NCBI GenBank assembly: GCA_965207615.1
Contig: CBDBMZ010000003.1
Coordinates: 4,077,855-4,141,854, forward strand
Direction of reading: 5' to 3'
Length of the DNA stretch: 64,000 nucleotides
From: Vicinamibacterales bacterium
Lineage (GTDB): Bacteria; Acidobacteriota; Vicinamibacteria; Vicinamibacterales; UBA8438
The notes below the pieces were generated by a model. The model was not told the origin of the DNA. It ran no database searches and saw only the letters and a program-made list of their open reading frames with translations. Position 1 is the first letter of the stretch, and every line of letters starts with the position of its first letter. Both the position numbers and the translations under genes were made by a program. This document shows positions 28,298-37,925 of the stretch, one piece after another.

Positions 28298-31087
28298 ATG
28301 GATCAAGTCTCTTTTCGACGGCTCGACGCCCTCCCCACACCACCCGACCGCCGACACGCGGCTCTCGTCCGTCTCTTCGCCAGCGTCCTTCTCCTGGGCC
28401 TCGCGGGCCCCGCCGCCGCCCAGACGGTCCAGCTCACCGGGCGGGTCACCGACGCGCAGGGTGCGCTGCTGCCGGGCGTGATGGTCGCCGCCGCCTCGCC
28501 GGGACTGACGCCGGCCGTCACCCTGAGCGACGACGCCGGCGAGTACGTCCTGGATCTGGCTCCCGGCGCCTACACGGTGACCTTCACGCTGGACGGATTC
28601 ACCCCCCGGCGGCGCGAGAACGTGAGCCTGACGGCGGGGAGCGCGCTAGCCCTCGACGCGACGTTGACCCTCGCGCCGATCGCGGAGCAGGTCGACGTGG
28701 TGGGCGTGACCCCCCTCCCCGGCTCCCGGATCCCCCGCGAGCGCCTGCCCGCGGCCGTCTCGGTGATCGACGGCGCCGACCTCGCGGCCCGCGGGGCCGC
28801 CTCGATGGCCGACGCCCTCAACGAGCGCCTCGGCTCGGTGACCCTGGAGGGCGCGACCACGAACCTCTTCCAGCCGAACCTGCGCTTCCGCGGCTTCACC
28901 GCGTCGCCGCTCCTCGGCCTGCCCCAGGGCATCGCCGTCTACCAGAACGGCGTCCGCATCAACGAGCCGTTCGGCGACACCGTGCAGTTCGACCTCTTCC
29001 CGCAGTTCGCAATCGACCGGGTGCAGCTCAGCGCCGGCGCCGACCCCACCTACGGGCTCAACGCCCTCGGCGGGGCCCTCGCCCTCGATCTCAAGAACGG
29101 CTTCGACAACACCGGCTTCCGGGGTGAGATCTCCGGGGGATCGTTCGGGCGCTACACCGCCACCGCCGAGTACGGCGCCAGCCGCGGACCCTGGGCGTTC
29201 TACGGCGGCGCCTCGCGCTTCTCGGAAGAGGGATGGCGCGTCGCCTCGCCGTCCGAGGTCACCCAGGCCTTCGCCGACGTCGCGTACCGGGACGAGGGGG
29301 TGGACGCGGGCCTCAGCTTCACCTACGCCGACACCAGCCTGACCGGGAACGCCGCCGCCCCGGTGGAGCTGATCGACGTCAACCCCGCCGCGGTGTTCAC
29401 CTTCCCCGACCGGACCGACAACCGGCTCGCGTTCGTGCAGGGCCGCGCCGACTTCACGGCCTCCGACACCTGGTCGGTGCAGGTGACCGGCTACTACCGC
29501 GACCTCGACCGCCGCACCCTGAACGGCGACGAGGCGGAGTTCGGGGTGTGCGAGGACGACGCCCTGCCCGAGGGAGCCCCGGCGCAGACGCTCTGTTTCG
29601 GCGACGACGATGACGACGACGACAACGGGGACGACGACCACGACGACCACGACCACGATGACCACGACCACGATGACGACGACGGGGATGATGACCACGA
29701 CGACCATGACCACGACGACAACGGGGACGACAACGGGGACGACGACCACGACGACGACGATGAAGAGGAGGCCACGCCCCTCGTCGACGCGGTGTCGCGA
29801 CGCTTCATCACCCTGCTCGACGCGGCCGGCGACGGCGCCTACAACCGCTCGAGGACCCTGGCGACGGGGTACGGCACCACCGTGCAGGCGACCGCGACGG
29901 CCGAGGTCGGCGGACGCGACAACGTGTTCGTGATGGGCGCTTCGGCCGACCTGGCCGACGTCGACTTCACGACGAGCAGCGAGGTGGGCAGCCTGACCCC
30001 CGAGCGCGGCGTGGCCGGGTCGGGGCTCCTGGCCAGCCTCTACGGCCTCGGCGGCGACGACATCTTCAACACCGCCATCGACACCGGGAACCGGGCCGTG
30101 GGACTCTACCTCAGCAACACGCTGTCGGCGACGGACCGCTTCCATCTGACCGTCTCGGGACGCTACAACCGGGCGAACATCGACATCATGGACCGTCTCG
30201 GGACGTCGCTCGACGGCTCGCACGCGTTCGCCCGCTTCAACCCCTCGGTGGGCGCCGTCTTCCAGGCGGGCGGCGCGGCGGTGTTCGCGCGGTACGCCGA
30301 GTCGAACCGCGCCCCGACGGCGGCCGAGCTGAGCTGCGCCGACCCCGCCGAGCCGTGCAGGGTGCCCAACGCCTTCATCTCCGACCCACCCCTGGAGCAG
30401 GCGGTCGCGCGGTCCGTCGAGGGCGGGCTCCGCGGCCGGTGGACCGGGGGCGACTGGTCCGTGACCGCGTATCGGACCGGCATCGACGACGACATCCTGT
30501 TCATCGCCTCGCCCGAGCTCATCGGGACCGGCTACTTCCAGAACGCCGGCGAGACCCGGCGCGTGGGGCTCGACATCGAGCTGAGCGGCACCTACGTCCG
30601 GACGGGTTGGTACGTCGGCTACGGGCTGCTCGACGCGACCTTCCAGTCGCCGCTCCTGCTGCCGGGCGACGAGGAGGTCAACGACGCCGCCACCGACGAC
30701 GGCGTCGCCGTCGAGCCGGGCGACCGGCTGCCCGGCATCCCGCGGCGCAGCCTGAAGGCTGGCATCCGGCAGGCGTTGACCGACGACTGGGACGCCGCCA
30801 TCGAGACGGTGATCGCCTCCGATCGCGTCTTCGTCGGCGACGAGGGCAACGACCAGGCGCGGCTGGACGGCTACGGGGTGGTGAACCTGCGCTCGACGTA
30901 CCGGTTGGACCAGGGCGTCGAGCTGTTCGTGCGGGTGGAGAACCTGTTCGACGCGCGCTATGCCACGGCCGGCGTCCTCGCCGAGCTCGAGGTGTTCCTG
31001 CACGAGGTGCCCGACGCCGCCGACCCGCGGTTCATCGGCCCGGGCCAGCCGCGCGCCGCCTTTGCCGGCATCCGCGTGGGCTTCTGA
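28298..31087 (+). CDS. TonB-dependent outer-membrane receptor with N-terminal CarboxypepD_reg domain and an Asp/His-rich insert
   Basis: Signal peptide. TGRVTDAQGALLPGVMV...GAYTVTFTLDGF. Plug (AVSVIDGADL...NLRFRGF...IAVYQNGVRINEPFGD). C-terminal ...AFAGIRVGF. Confidence 0.9.
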   Translation: MDQVSFRRLDALPTPPDRRHAALVRLFASVLLLGLAGPAAAQTVQLTGRVTDAQGALLPGVMVAAASPGLTPAVTLSDDAGEYVLDLAPGAYTVTFTLDGFTPRRRENVSLTAGSALALDATLTLAPIAEQVDVVGVTPLPGSRIPRERLPAAVSVIDGADLAARGAASMADALNERLGSVTLEGATTNLFQPNLRFRGFTASPLLGLPQGIAVYQNGVRINEPFGDTVQFDLFPQFAIDRVQLSAGADPTYGLNALGGALALDLKNGFDNTGFRGEISGGSFGRYTATAEYGASRGPWAFYGGASRFSEEGWRVASPSEVTQAFADVAYRDEGVDAGLSFTYADTSLTGNAAAPVELIDVNPAAVFTFPDRTDNRLAFVQGRADFTASDTWSVQVTGYYRDLDRRTLNGDEAEFGVCEDDALPEGAPAQTLCFGDDDDDDDNGDDDHDDHDHDDHDHDDDDGDDDHDDHDHDDNGDDNGDDDHDDDDEEEATPLVDAVSRRFITLLDAAGDGAYNRSRTLATGYGTTVQATATAEVGGRDNVFVMGASADLADVDFTTSSEVGSLTPERGVAGSGLLASLYGLGGDDIFNTAIDTGNRAVGLYLSNTLSATDRFHLTVSGRYNRANIDIMDRLGTSLDGSHAFARFNPSVGAVFQAGGAAVFARYAESNRAPTAAELSCADPAEPCRVPNAFISDPPLEQAVARSVEGGLRGRWTGGDWSVTAYRTGIDDDILFIASPELIGTGYFQNAGETRRVGLDIELSGTYVRTGWYVGYGLLDATFQSPLLLPGDEEVNDAATDDGVAVEPGDRLPGIPRRSLKAGIRQALTDDWDAAIETVIASDRVFVGDEGNDQARLDGYGVVNLRSTYRLDQGVELFVRVENLFDARYATAGVLAELEVFLHEVPDAADPRFIGPGQPRAAFAGIRVGF
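29601..29772 (+). repeat. GAC/CAC triplet-rich tract encoding a 57-residue Asp/His block inside the TonB receptor
   Basis: GDDDDDDDNGDDDHDDHDHDDHDHDDDDGDDDHDDHDHDDNGDDNGDDDHDDDDEEE. Counted from the translation: 37 Asp, 9 His, 3 Glu. Confidence 0.9.
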
Positions 31088-31327
31088 GGCCGGTGGAGGG
31101 CGGGCCGCCGGACCGGGCGAACCATACTCTGGGGCGGTCGCGACCCGACCCGCCGCAGCGCCCTGCCATCGCGCAACGGCTCGGCCGCACAGACTCGTGT
31201 CGCGGGCGGGGCGGAACCGCACCACGCCCCCGACCGTCCGCACCCCCGTCGCGCCCATGCCGCCCGGGCAACGCATGCGCGGGCCGCCCGGGCGCCCGCC
31301 CGTCTACGGGGCGGATCCCGAATCCCG

Positions 31328-32317
31328 TCACCCGTCCCGTACCGAGGGCCGGGCGGCGAGCTCGGCCAGCGTCTCCAGGCCGAGGTTGCCGCCGCTCAGC
31401 ACGACGACGGTGGCGCCCCCGTCCGGAAGTGGATCCGACCGGTTGGGGAGAGACCCGCTCAGGAGTGCGGCCAGGGTCGCGGCGCCGCTGGTCTCCACGA
31501 CGAGCTTGGCCCGACGAAACAGCCAGAGGACGGCGTCGGCGATCGGATCGTCGTCGACGGTGACCACCTCGTCGACGAAGCGCCGGACGTGGTGGAACGT
31601 CAGGTCCCCGGGCCGCACCGGCAGGAGCCCGTCGGCGAGGCTCGCGACCCCATCGAGCGAGACCGGCCGCCCGGCCGCGAGCGATGCCGTCATCTTGGCC
31701 GCGCCGGTCGGCTCGACCCCGACCAGCCGCACTTCGGGGCGCCGCTGCTTGACGGCGGCGGCGACGCCCGCCACCAGGCCCCCGCCCCCCACCGGCACGA
31801 GGATGCGCCCGACGTCCGGGCGGTCCTCGAGAATCTCCAGGCCCACCGTGCCCTGACCGGCGATGATCCAGGGGTGGTCGAACGGCGGCACCATCTGCAG
31901 GTTCCGGTCGCCCGCCACCGCCTCGGCCCGCCGCTTCCGCTCGATCGACGTCGTCCCCTCGAAGAGGATCTCGGCCCCGAGGGCCCGCGCCCCCTCGACC
32001 TTGACGGCGGGGGCGGTCGTGGGCATGACCACCACCGCGGGCACGCCGACCCGGCGGGCGGCCATCGCCACCGCCTGGGCGTGGTTGCCCGACGAGTAGG
32101 TGATGACCCCGTGCCGTCGAGCCTCGGGATCGAGCTGTGCGATGAAGTTGGTGGCGCCGCGGATCTTGAAGGCGCCGGCCGCTTGCAGGTTCTCGCACTT
32201 GGCGTAGACCGGCGGCCCCCCTTCGAGCGGCAGCCGCAGCAGCGGGGTGCGGCGGACGGCGCCGTCGATGCGCCGCGCCGCCTCCTCGACGGCGCTCACG
32301 GGAACGTCGCTGGGCAT
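31328..32317 (-). CDS. PLP-dependent serine/threonine dehydratase family enzyme
   Basis: AGAFKIRGA lysine motif, SSGNHAQA and the GGGGL loop. Start at MPSDVP (32317). Confidence 0.85.
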   Translation of the reverse strand: MPSDVPVSAVEEAARRIDGAVRRTPLLRLPLEGGPPVYAKCENLQAAGAFKIRGATNFIAQLDPEARRHGVITYSSGNHAQAVAMAARRVGVPAVVVMPTTAPAVKVEGARALGAEILFEGTTSIERKRRAEAVAGDRNLQMVPPFDHPWIIAGQGTVGLEILEDRPDVGRILVPVGGGGLVAGVAAAVKQRRPEVRLVGVEPTGAAKMTASLAAGRPVSLDGVASLADGLLPVRPGDLTFHHVRRFVDEVVTVDDDPIADAVLWLFRRAKLVVETSGAATLAALLSGSLPNRSDPLPDGGATVVVLSGGNLGLETLAELAARPSVRDG

Positions 32318-32544
32318 GCGACGGAGTATACCGGCAGGTGTCTCCGCGCCGGGACGGCGGGTGTCTGCCCGCATCGAGGTGCGGATCCCACCGGGGGCGC
32401 AGGCACCCGCGAGACGGTCGGGCGCCGGGCGTCGTTGCGCGGGCGGAACCCGCGCCGGAAGGGCGACCCGTGGCGGGACATGGCATCGCGGCCGCCGGGA
32501 AGCCTCCCGCCCCGGCCTCGGGCCGCCGGTATACTGGGCGGAGG

Positions 32545-33267
32545 ATGTCGAGCGCCCACGTGCGGACCGCGTTGCGGGTCGCGTTCCTGCTCGCGGCAAC
32601 CGCCTCCGGCGTGGCCGCGCAGGACGACGAGCCCATCGGCCGCTACGTCATCGACCTCCGGGGCTCGATGGTAAACCTGGGGCAGAACGAGGAACTGGCC
32701 CACGTGCGGAGGCTGCGGGCGAACCAGCTCCCTCCCCGCGGCATCGCGGTCGACCTCGGCGGCCACTTCTACTTCCTGCGCCTCGGCCCGGTCACGTTCG
32801 GCATCGGTGCCTCCTTCCTGTCCACCGCGGCGCACCAACCGGTGGCGGAGCCGATGCCGGAAGAGCCTACAATCGGCGGCTTCCCGCGGTTCACCCCGCA
32901 GGAAACCACGCCGGACGACGAAGGGATGGAGCCGTTCATCGAGGGGGTCCCCGTCACCTCGCGGTTCACCGCGATCTCGCCCCAGATCACGTTCAACTTC
33001 GGGCACCGCAACGGTTGGAGCTACGTGGGCGGCGGCCTCGGCACCTCGCGGCTGAACGTGTACCCGCAGCAGCCGACCACCCCGGTGCAACGCGGGGCCC
33101 GCACCCTCAACTACGGCGGGGGGGCCCGGTGGTTCCTCACCCCGAACGTGGCCCTGTCGCTCGATCTGCGGTTCTTCGCCATCAGTCCCATCGAGCAGCT
33201 CGGGGAGCAGCCCGGATCGCCGCGCCAGACCCTGATGGCGGCGAACATCGGCGTCTCCGTTCGCTGA
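32545..33267 (+). CDS. outer-membrane beta-barrel protein
   Basis: Signal peptide ending GVAAQ. Alternating beta-strand pattern. C-terminal ...LMAANIGVSVR. Confidence 0.6.
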   Translation: MSSAHVRTALRVAFLLAATASGVAAQDDEPIGRYVIDLRGSMVNLGQNEELAHVRRLRANQLPPRGIAVDLGGHFYFLRLGPVTFGIGASFLSTAAHQPVAEPMPEEPTIGGFPRFTPQETTPDDEGMEPFIEGVPVTSRFTAISPQITFNFGHRNGWSYVGGGLGTSRLNVYPQQPTTPVQRGARTLNYGGGARWFLTPNVALSLDLRFFAISPIEQLGEQPGSPRQTLMAANIGVSVR

Positions 33268-33312
33268 CCGCGGAGGCCCGGAAGGACGGCCGGGTTCGAC
33301 CATAATGCGCGC

Positions 33313-35811
33313 ATGAAACGGGACACCCTGCTCGACTACTTCGACGAACGCCTGCGCGGGGACACCGAGTTCCTCGTCCACGACGACGGCTACAGGGTGC
33401 GGCGGCACAGCTACGACGAGGTGCGACGGGCGGCGACGGCCTTCGCGGCTCGCCTCGCCGGGGCCGGCATCGGGGCCGGGGAGGCGGTGCTGTTCTGGGG
33501 CGAGAACCGCCCGGAGTGGATCGTCGCCTTCTGGGGGTGCCTGCTGCGGGGCGCGTTGGTGGTGCCCATCGACTACCGGGCCTCGTCGGCGTTCCTGGGA
33601 AGCATCGCCCGGCGCGTCGACGCCCGGCTCCTGCTGGCCGGCGACGACGTGGCCCCGGCGCGGCTCGACGGGGTCGAGACCTGGCGCTTCGCCGAGTTGC
33701 GCCCGCTGGCCGCGGACGGCGGCGAGCCGCCTCCCGCGCCCCACGCCCCGGCCCCCGGCGACACCGCCGAGATCGTGTTCACGTCCGGCGCCACGTCCGA
33801 GCCCAAGGGGGTCGTCATCACCCACCGGAACGTGCTCGCGAACATCGTTCCGGTCGAGCGCGAGGTGCTCAGGTACCGCCGCTACGCGCGTCCGTTCCGG
33901 CCCCTGCGCTTCCTCGACCTGCTTCCCCTGAGCCACATGTTCGGCCAGGCCCTGGCCACGTTCATCCCCCCGATGCTACCCGGCACGTGCGTGTTCATGA
34001 AGGGCTACAGCCCGCCGGCCATCGTGCGGCAGATCCGCACCCGGCGCATCTCGGTCCTCGTCTGCGTGCCGAAGATCCTCGACGTGCTGAGGGACCACGT
34101 GAGACAGGTCGCCCCGGAGACGGCGGAGCCGCCGGCCGAGGGGCTGGGGGTGGCCCACCGCTGGTGGCGCTACCGCCGGGTGCACCGCCTGTTCGGGCTG
34201 AAGTTCTGGTGCTTCATCGTCGGCGCCGCGCCCCTCGACCCCGACCTCGAGGCGTTCTGGCAGCGGCTCGGGTTCCTCGTCGTGCAGGGCTACGGCCTGA
34301 CCGAGACCGCGCCCATCGTCACCCTGAACCACCCGTTCCGGACCCGGCGCGGCTCGGTCGGGAAGCCCATCGCGGGGATGCAGGTCCGGATTGCCGACGA
34401 CGGCGAGATTCTCGTGAAGGGCGACAATGTCACCACCGGCTACTTCGGGGCCGCGGCCGGGGACGACGCGGTGTTCGAGGACGGCTGGTTCCACACCGGC
34501 GACCTCGGCGCCCTCGACGACACCGGGCGCCTGCAGGTGCACGGCCGCAAGAAGGAGATGATCGTCACCGCCGAGGGGCTCAACGTCTTCCCCGAGGACG
34601 TCGAGCGCGTCGTCGACGCGGTGCCCGGGGTCGAGGAGTCCGCCGTCGTCGGCCTGACCCGGGACGGCGGCGAGCGGGCGTACGCCGTCGCCGTGCTCGC
34701 CCCCGGGACATCGCCGGGCGAGGTCGCGCGGGCCGCGAACCGCCGGCTCGCCGACCACCAGAAGGTCCGCGACGTCCTGGTATGGCCGGGCCATCGGCTG
34801 CCCCGCACCGAGGGCACCCGCAAGCTCATGCGGCGCGCCGTGAAGACGTGGGCGGAGGAGGGCGGGGCGCCGGCCGCCGCCGCGGCCGGCGGGGAGCGAT
34901 CGGTGTCGTCGATACTCGCGCGCATCGCCGGCGGCGCGGTGGACGGCGGCACCCGCCTCGACGAGCTGGGCCTGAGCTCGCTCGAGCGCGTCGAGCTGTT
35001 GATGACCCTCGAGAGCGAGCTCGACGTCGCGGTCGACGAGCGGGGGGTGGCGGGCGCGGCGACGGTTGCCGACCTCGAGGCCCTCGTCACCGCGTCGACC
35101 GGTCCGTCCCGCCCCGCCCCGACGCCGTTCCCCGCCCCGCGCTGGAACCAGACGTGGCCGGTCCGGCAACTGCGCCGGGCCGCCCTCGCGGTGTGGCTGC
35201 TGCCCATGACCCGCGTCTTCGCCTGGATCCGGGTCGAGGGGCGGGAGCACGTGCGGGCCCTCGACGGACCCGTGGTCTTCGCCGCCAACCACCAGAGCTT
35301 CATCGACCCCTCGGTGATCCTCGCCGCGCTGCCGGGGAAGCAGCGCTACCGGGTGGTGACGGCGATGTCCAAGGAGTTCTTCGCCGGCCACTTCGACCCC
35401 GGCCGCCATACCCCGCTCGAACGGTTCACGAGCAGCCTCAACTACTACCTCGCCACCGGCTTCTACAACGCGTTCCCGCTGCCCCAGCGCGAGGCCGGCG
35501 CGCGCGACGCCCTGCGCTATGCCGGCGAGCTCGTCAGCGCCGGCAACTCGCTGATCATCTTCCCCGAGGGGCTGCGGGTGAGCGGCGACGCCGTCGCCCG
35601 CTTCCAGCCCGGCGCGACGATGCTCGCGGCCCGGCTGGACGTGCCGGTCGTCCCGGTGCGGCTGCGCGGGGTCGACCGCGTGCTGGGGCGCGGGCTCCGC
35701 ATGGCGCGCCCGGGCCGGGTCGGCGTGCGCTTCGGCCCGCCGCGGCGGCTGACGGGCTCTGACTACGTCGCGATGGCCGCCGACCTCGAAGCGGCGGTGA
35801 AGGCCCTCTGA
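33313..35811 (+). CDS. tri-domain AMP-dependent ligase - carrier protein - PlsC-type acyltransferase
   Basis: TSGATSEPKGV and GYGLTE AMP-binding motifs. Carrier-like DELGLSSLERVELL. Acyltransferase NHQSFID (HxxxxD) and IFPEG. Confidence 0.85.
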   Translation: MKRDTLLDYFDERLRGDTEFLVHDDGYRVRRHSYDEVRRAATAFAARLAGAGIGAGEAVLFWGENRPEWIVAFWGCLLRGALVVPIDYRASSAFLGSIARRVDARLLLAGDDVAPARLDGVETWRFAELRPLAADGGEPPPAPHAPAPGDTAEIVFTSGATSEPKGVVITHRNVLANIVPVEREVLRYRRYARPFRPLRFLDLLPLSHMFGQALATFIPPMLPGTCVFMKGYSPPAIVRQIRTRRISVLVCVPKILDVLRDHVRQVAPETAEPPAEGLGVAHRWWRYRRVHRLFGLKFWCFIVGAAPLDPDLEAFWQRLGFLVVQGYGLTETAPIVTLNHPFRTRRGSVGKPIAGMQVRIADDGEILVKGDNVTTGYFGAAAGDDAVFEDGWFHTGDLGALDDTGRLQVHGRKKEMIVTAEGLNVFPEDVERVVDAVPGVEESAVVGLTRDGGERAYAVAVLAPGTSPGEVARAANRRLADHQKVRDVLVWPGHRLPRTEGTRKLMRRAVKTWAEEGGAPAAAAAGGERSVSSILARIAGGAVDGGTRLDELGLSSLERVELLMTLESELDVAVDERGVAGAATVADLEALVTASTGPSRPAPTPFPAPRWNQTWPVRQLRRAALAVWLLPMTRVFAWIRVEGREHVRALDGPVVFAANHQSFIDPSVILAALPGKQRYRVVTAMSKEFFAGHFDPGRHTPLERFTSSLNYYLATGFYNAFPLPQREAGARDALRYAGELVSAGNSLIIFPEGLRVSGDAVARFQPGATMLAARLDVPVVPVRLRGVDRVLGRGLRMARPGRVGVRFGPPRRLTGSDYVAMAADLEAAVKAL

Positions 35812-36105
35812 ACCGCGGCTTTTGCATGCTTGGGGCCTACTGTGCGAGACTTGGAGTTTATGGGCGTCGCGGTCCGGTCTCCCCGGACCGCCGCCCGCGC
35901 CCCCGGGTCGATGACCGGGGGGCGGCGAGATGCACCGCTCTTCGGCATTCGACGCGGCAGGCCGAGCGACCTCGAGGTCGCGTCGGTGCCGCCGGCGCGA
36001 GATTCCGCTTCGCGACCCCGTGGTTTCGGCCGCGGATATCACGGGCGCGAAGCCTCCGGGCGCAAGCCTTGAGGTAGGCCAGGCAGGGCGGTGGCAAGGA
36101 GGCGC

Positions 36106-36324
36106 GTGGCAAAGGACGACCTGATCGACGTACAAGGCACGGTCATGGCGGTGCACAGCGGCGGTCTCTACCGCGTGCAATGCGATGCCGGCCATGAGGT
36201 TCTGGCCCAGCTGAGCGGCCGCATGCGGCGGTTTCGCATCAAGGTCGTACCGGGCGATCGGGTGACGGTCGGCGTCTCTCCCTACGATCCGGTCCGCGGC
36301 ATCATCACCTTCCGGGCTCGCTGA
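36106..36324 (+). CDS. infA: translation initiation factor IF-1
   Basis: AKDDLIDVQGTVMAV...HEVLAQLSGRMRRFRIKVVPGDRVTVGVSPYDPVRGIITFR. Second GTG chosen (72 aa) after AAGGAGG. The ORF could also start at 36091. Confidence 0.9.
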   Translation: MAKDDLIDVQGTVMAVHSGGLYRVQCDAGHEVLAQLSGRMRRFRIKVVPGDRVTVGVSPYDPVRGIITFRAR

Positions 36325-36329
36325 ACATC

Positions 36330-37628
<1,299 letters not shown>

Positions 37629-37670
37629 CAACACGGGCGGCCCGTTCGAGGCGCCGCACCGGACCTGACC

Positions 37671-37916
37671 ATGGAAGCTCCGTCTCCCGCCCTTCCCGCC
37701 ACCGGGCCCGGGCCGACGCCGGCCGAGGCCCGTTTTCAGAGCTGCCGCTGGTCGGTCGGCGAGGGCGGGCCGGCGTACTGCTCCAACCCCGAGGTACTGC
37801 CCTACGCGGGCAAGGGCGGCTTCAACGCCGAGTCGTGGTGCCCCGACTGCACGCTCTACAAGGTGCGGCGGAAGGCCCCGAAACGGCGGCGCTTCGACGA
37901 CGACTATCTCTACTAG
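37671..37916 (+). CDS. small Cys-containing hypothetical protein (81 aa)
   Basis: High GC3. Four Cys (C-x14-C ... C-x2-C). Basic tail KVRRKAPKRRRFDDDYLY. Confidence 0.45.
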   Translation: MEAPSPALPATGPGPTPAEARFQSCRWSVGEGGPAYCSNPEVLPYAGKGGFNAESWCPDCTLYKVRRKAPKRRRFDDDYLY

Positions 37917-37925
37917 CGGATCCGG

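Noticed and set aside
26378-31087. A classical FecI/FecR/FecA iron-siderophore surface-signalling system.
   Set aside because: The anti-sigma has a zf-HC2 N-terminus and an HNH-like C-terminus where a FecR domain would be. The receptor N-terminus is a CarboxypepD_reg domain with no recognisable signalling (STN) extension. I also found no convincing GAAC-N16/17-CGT ECF promoter in 27990-28297.
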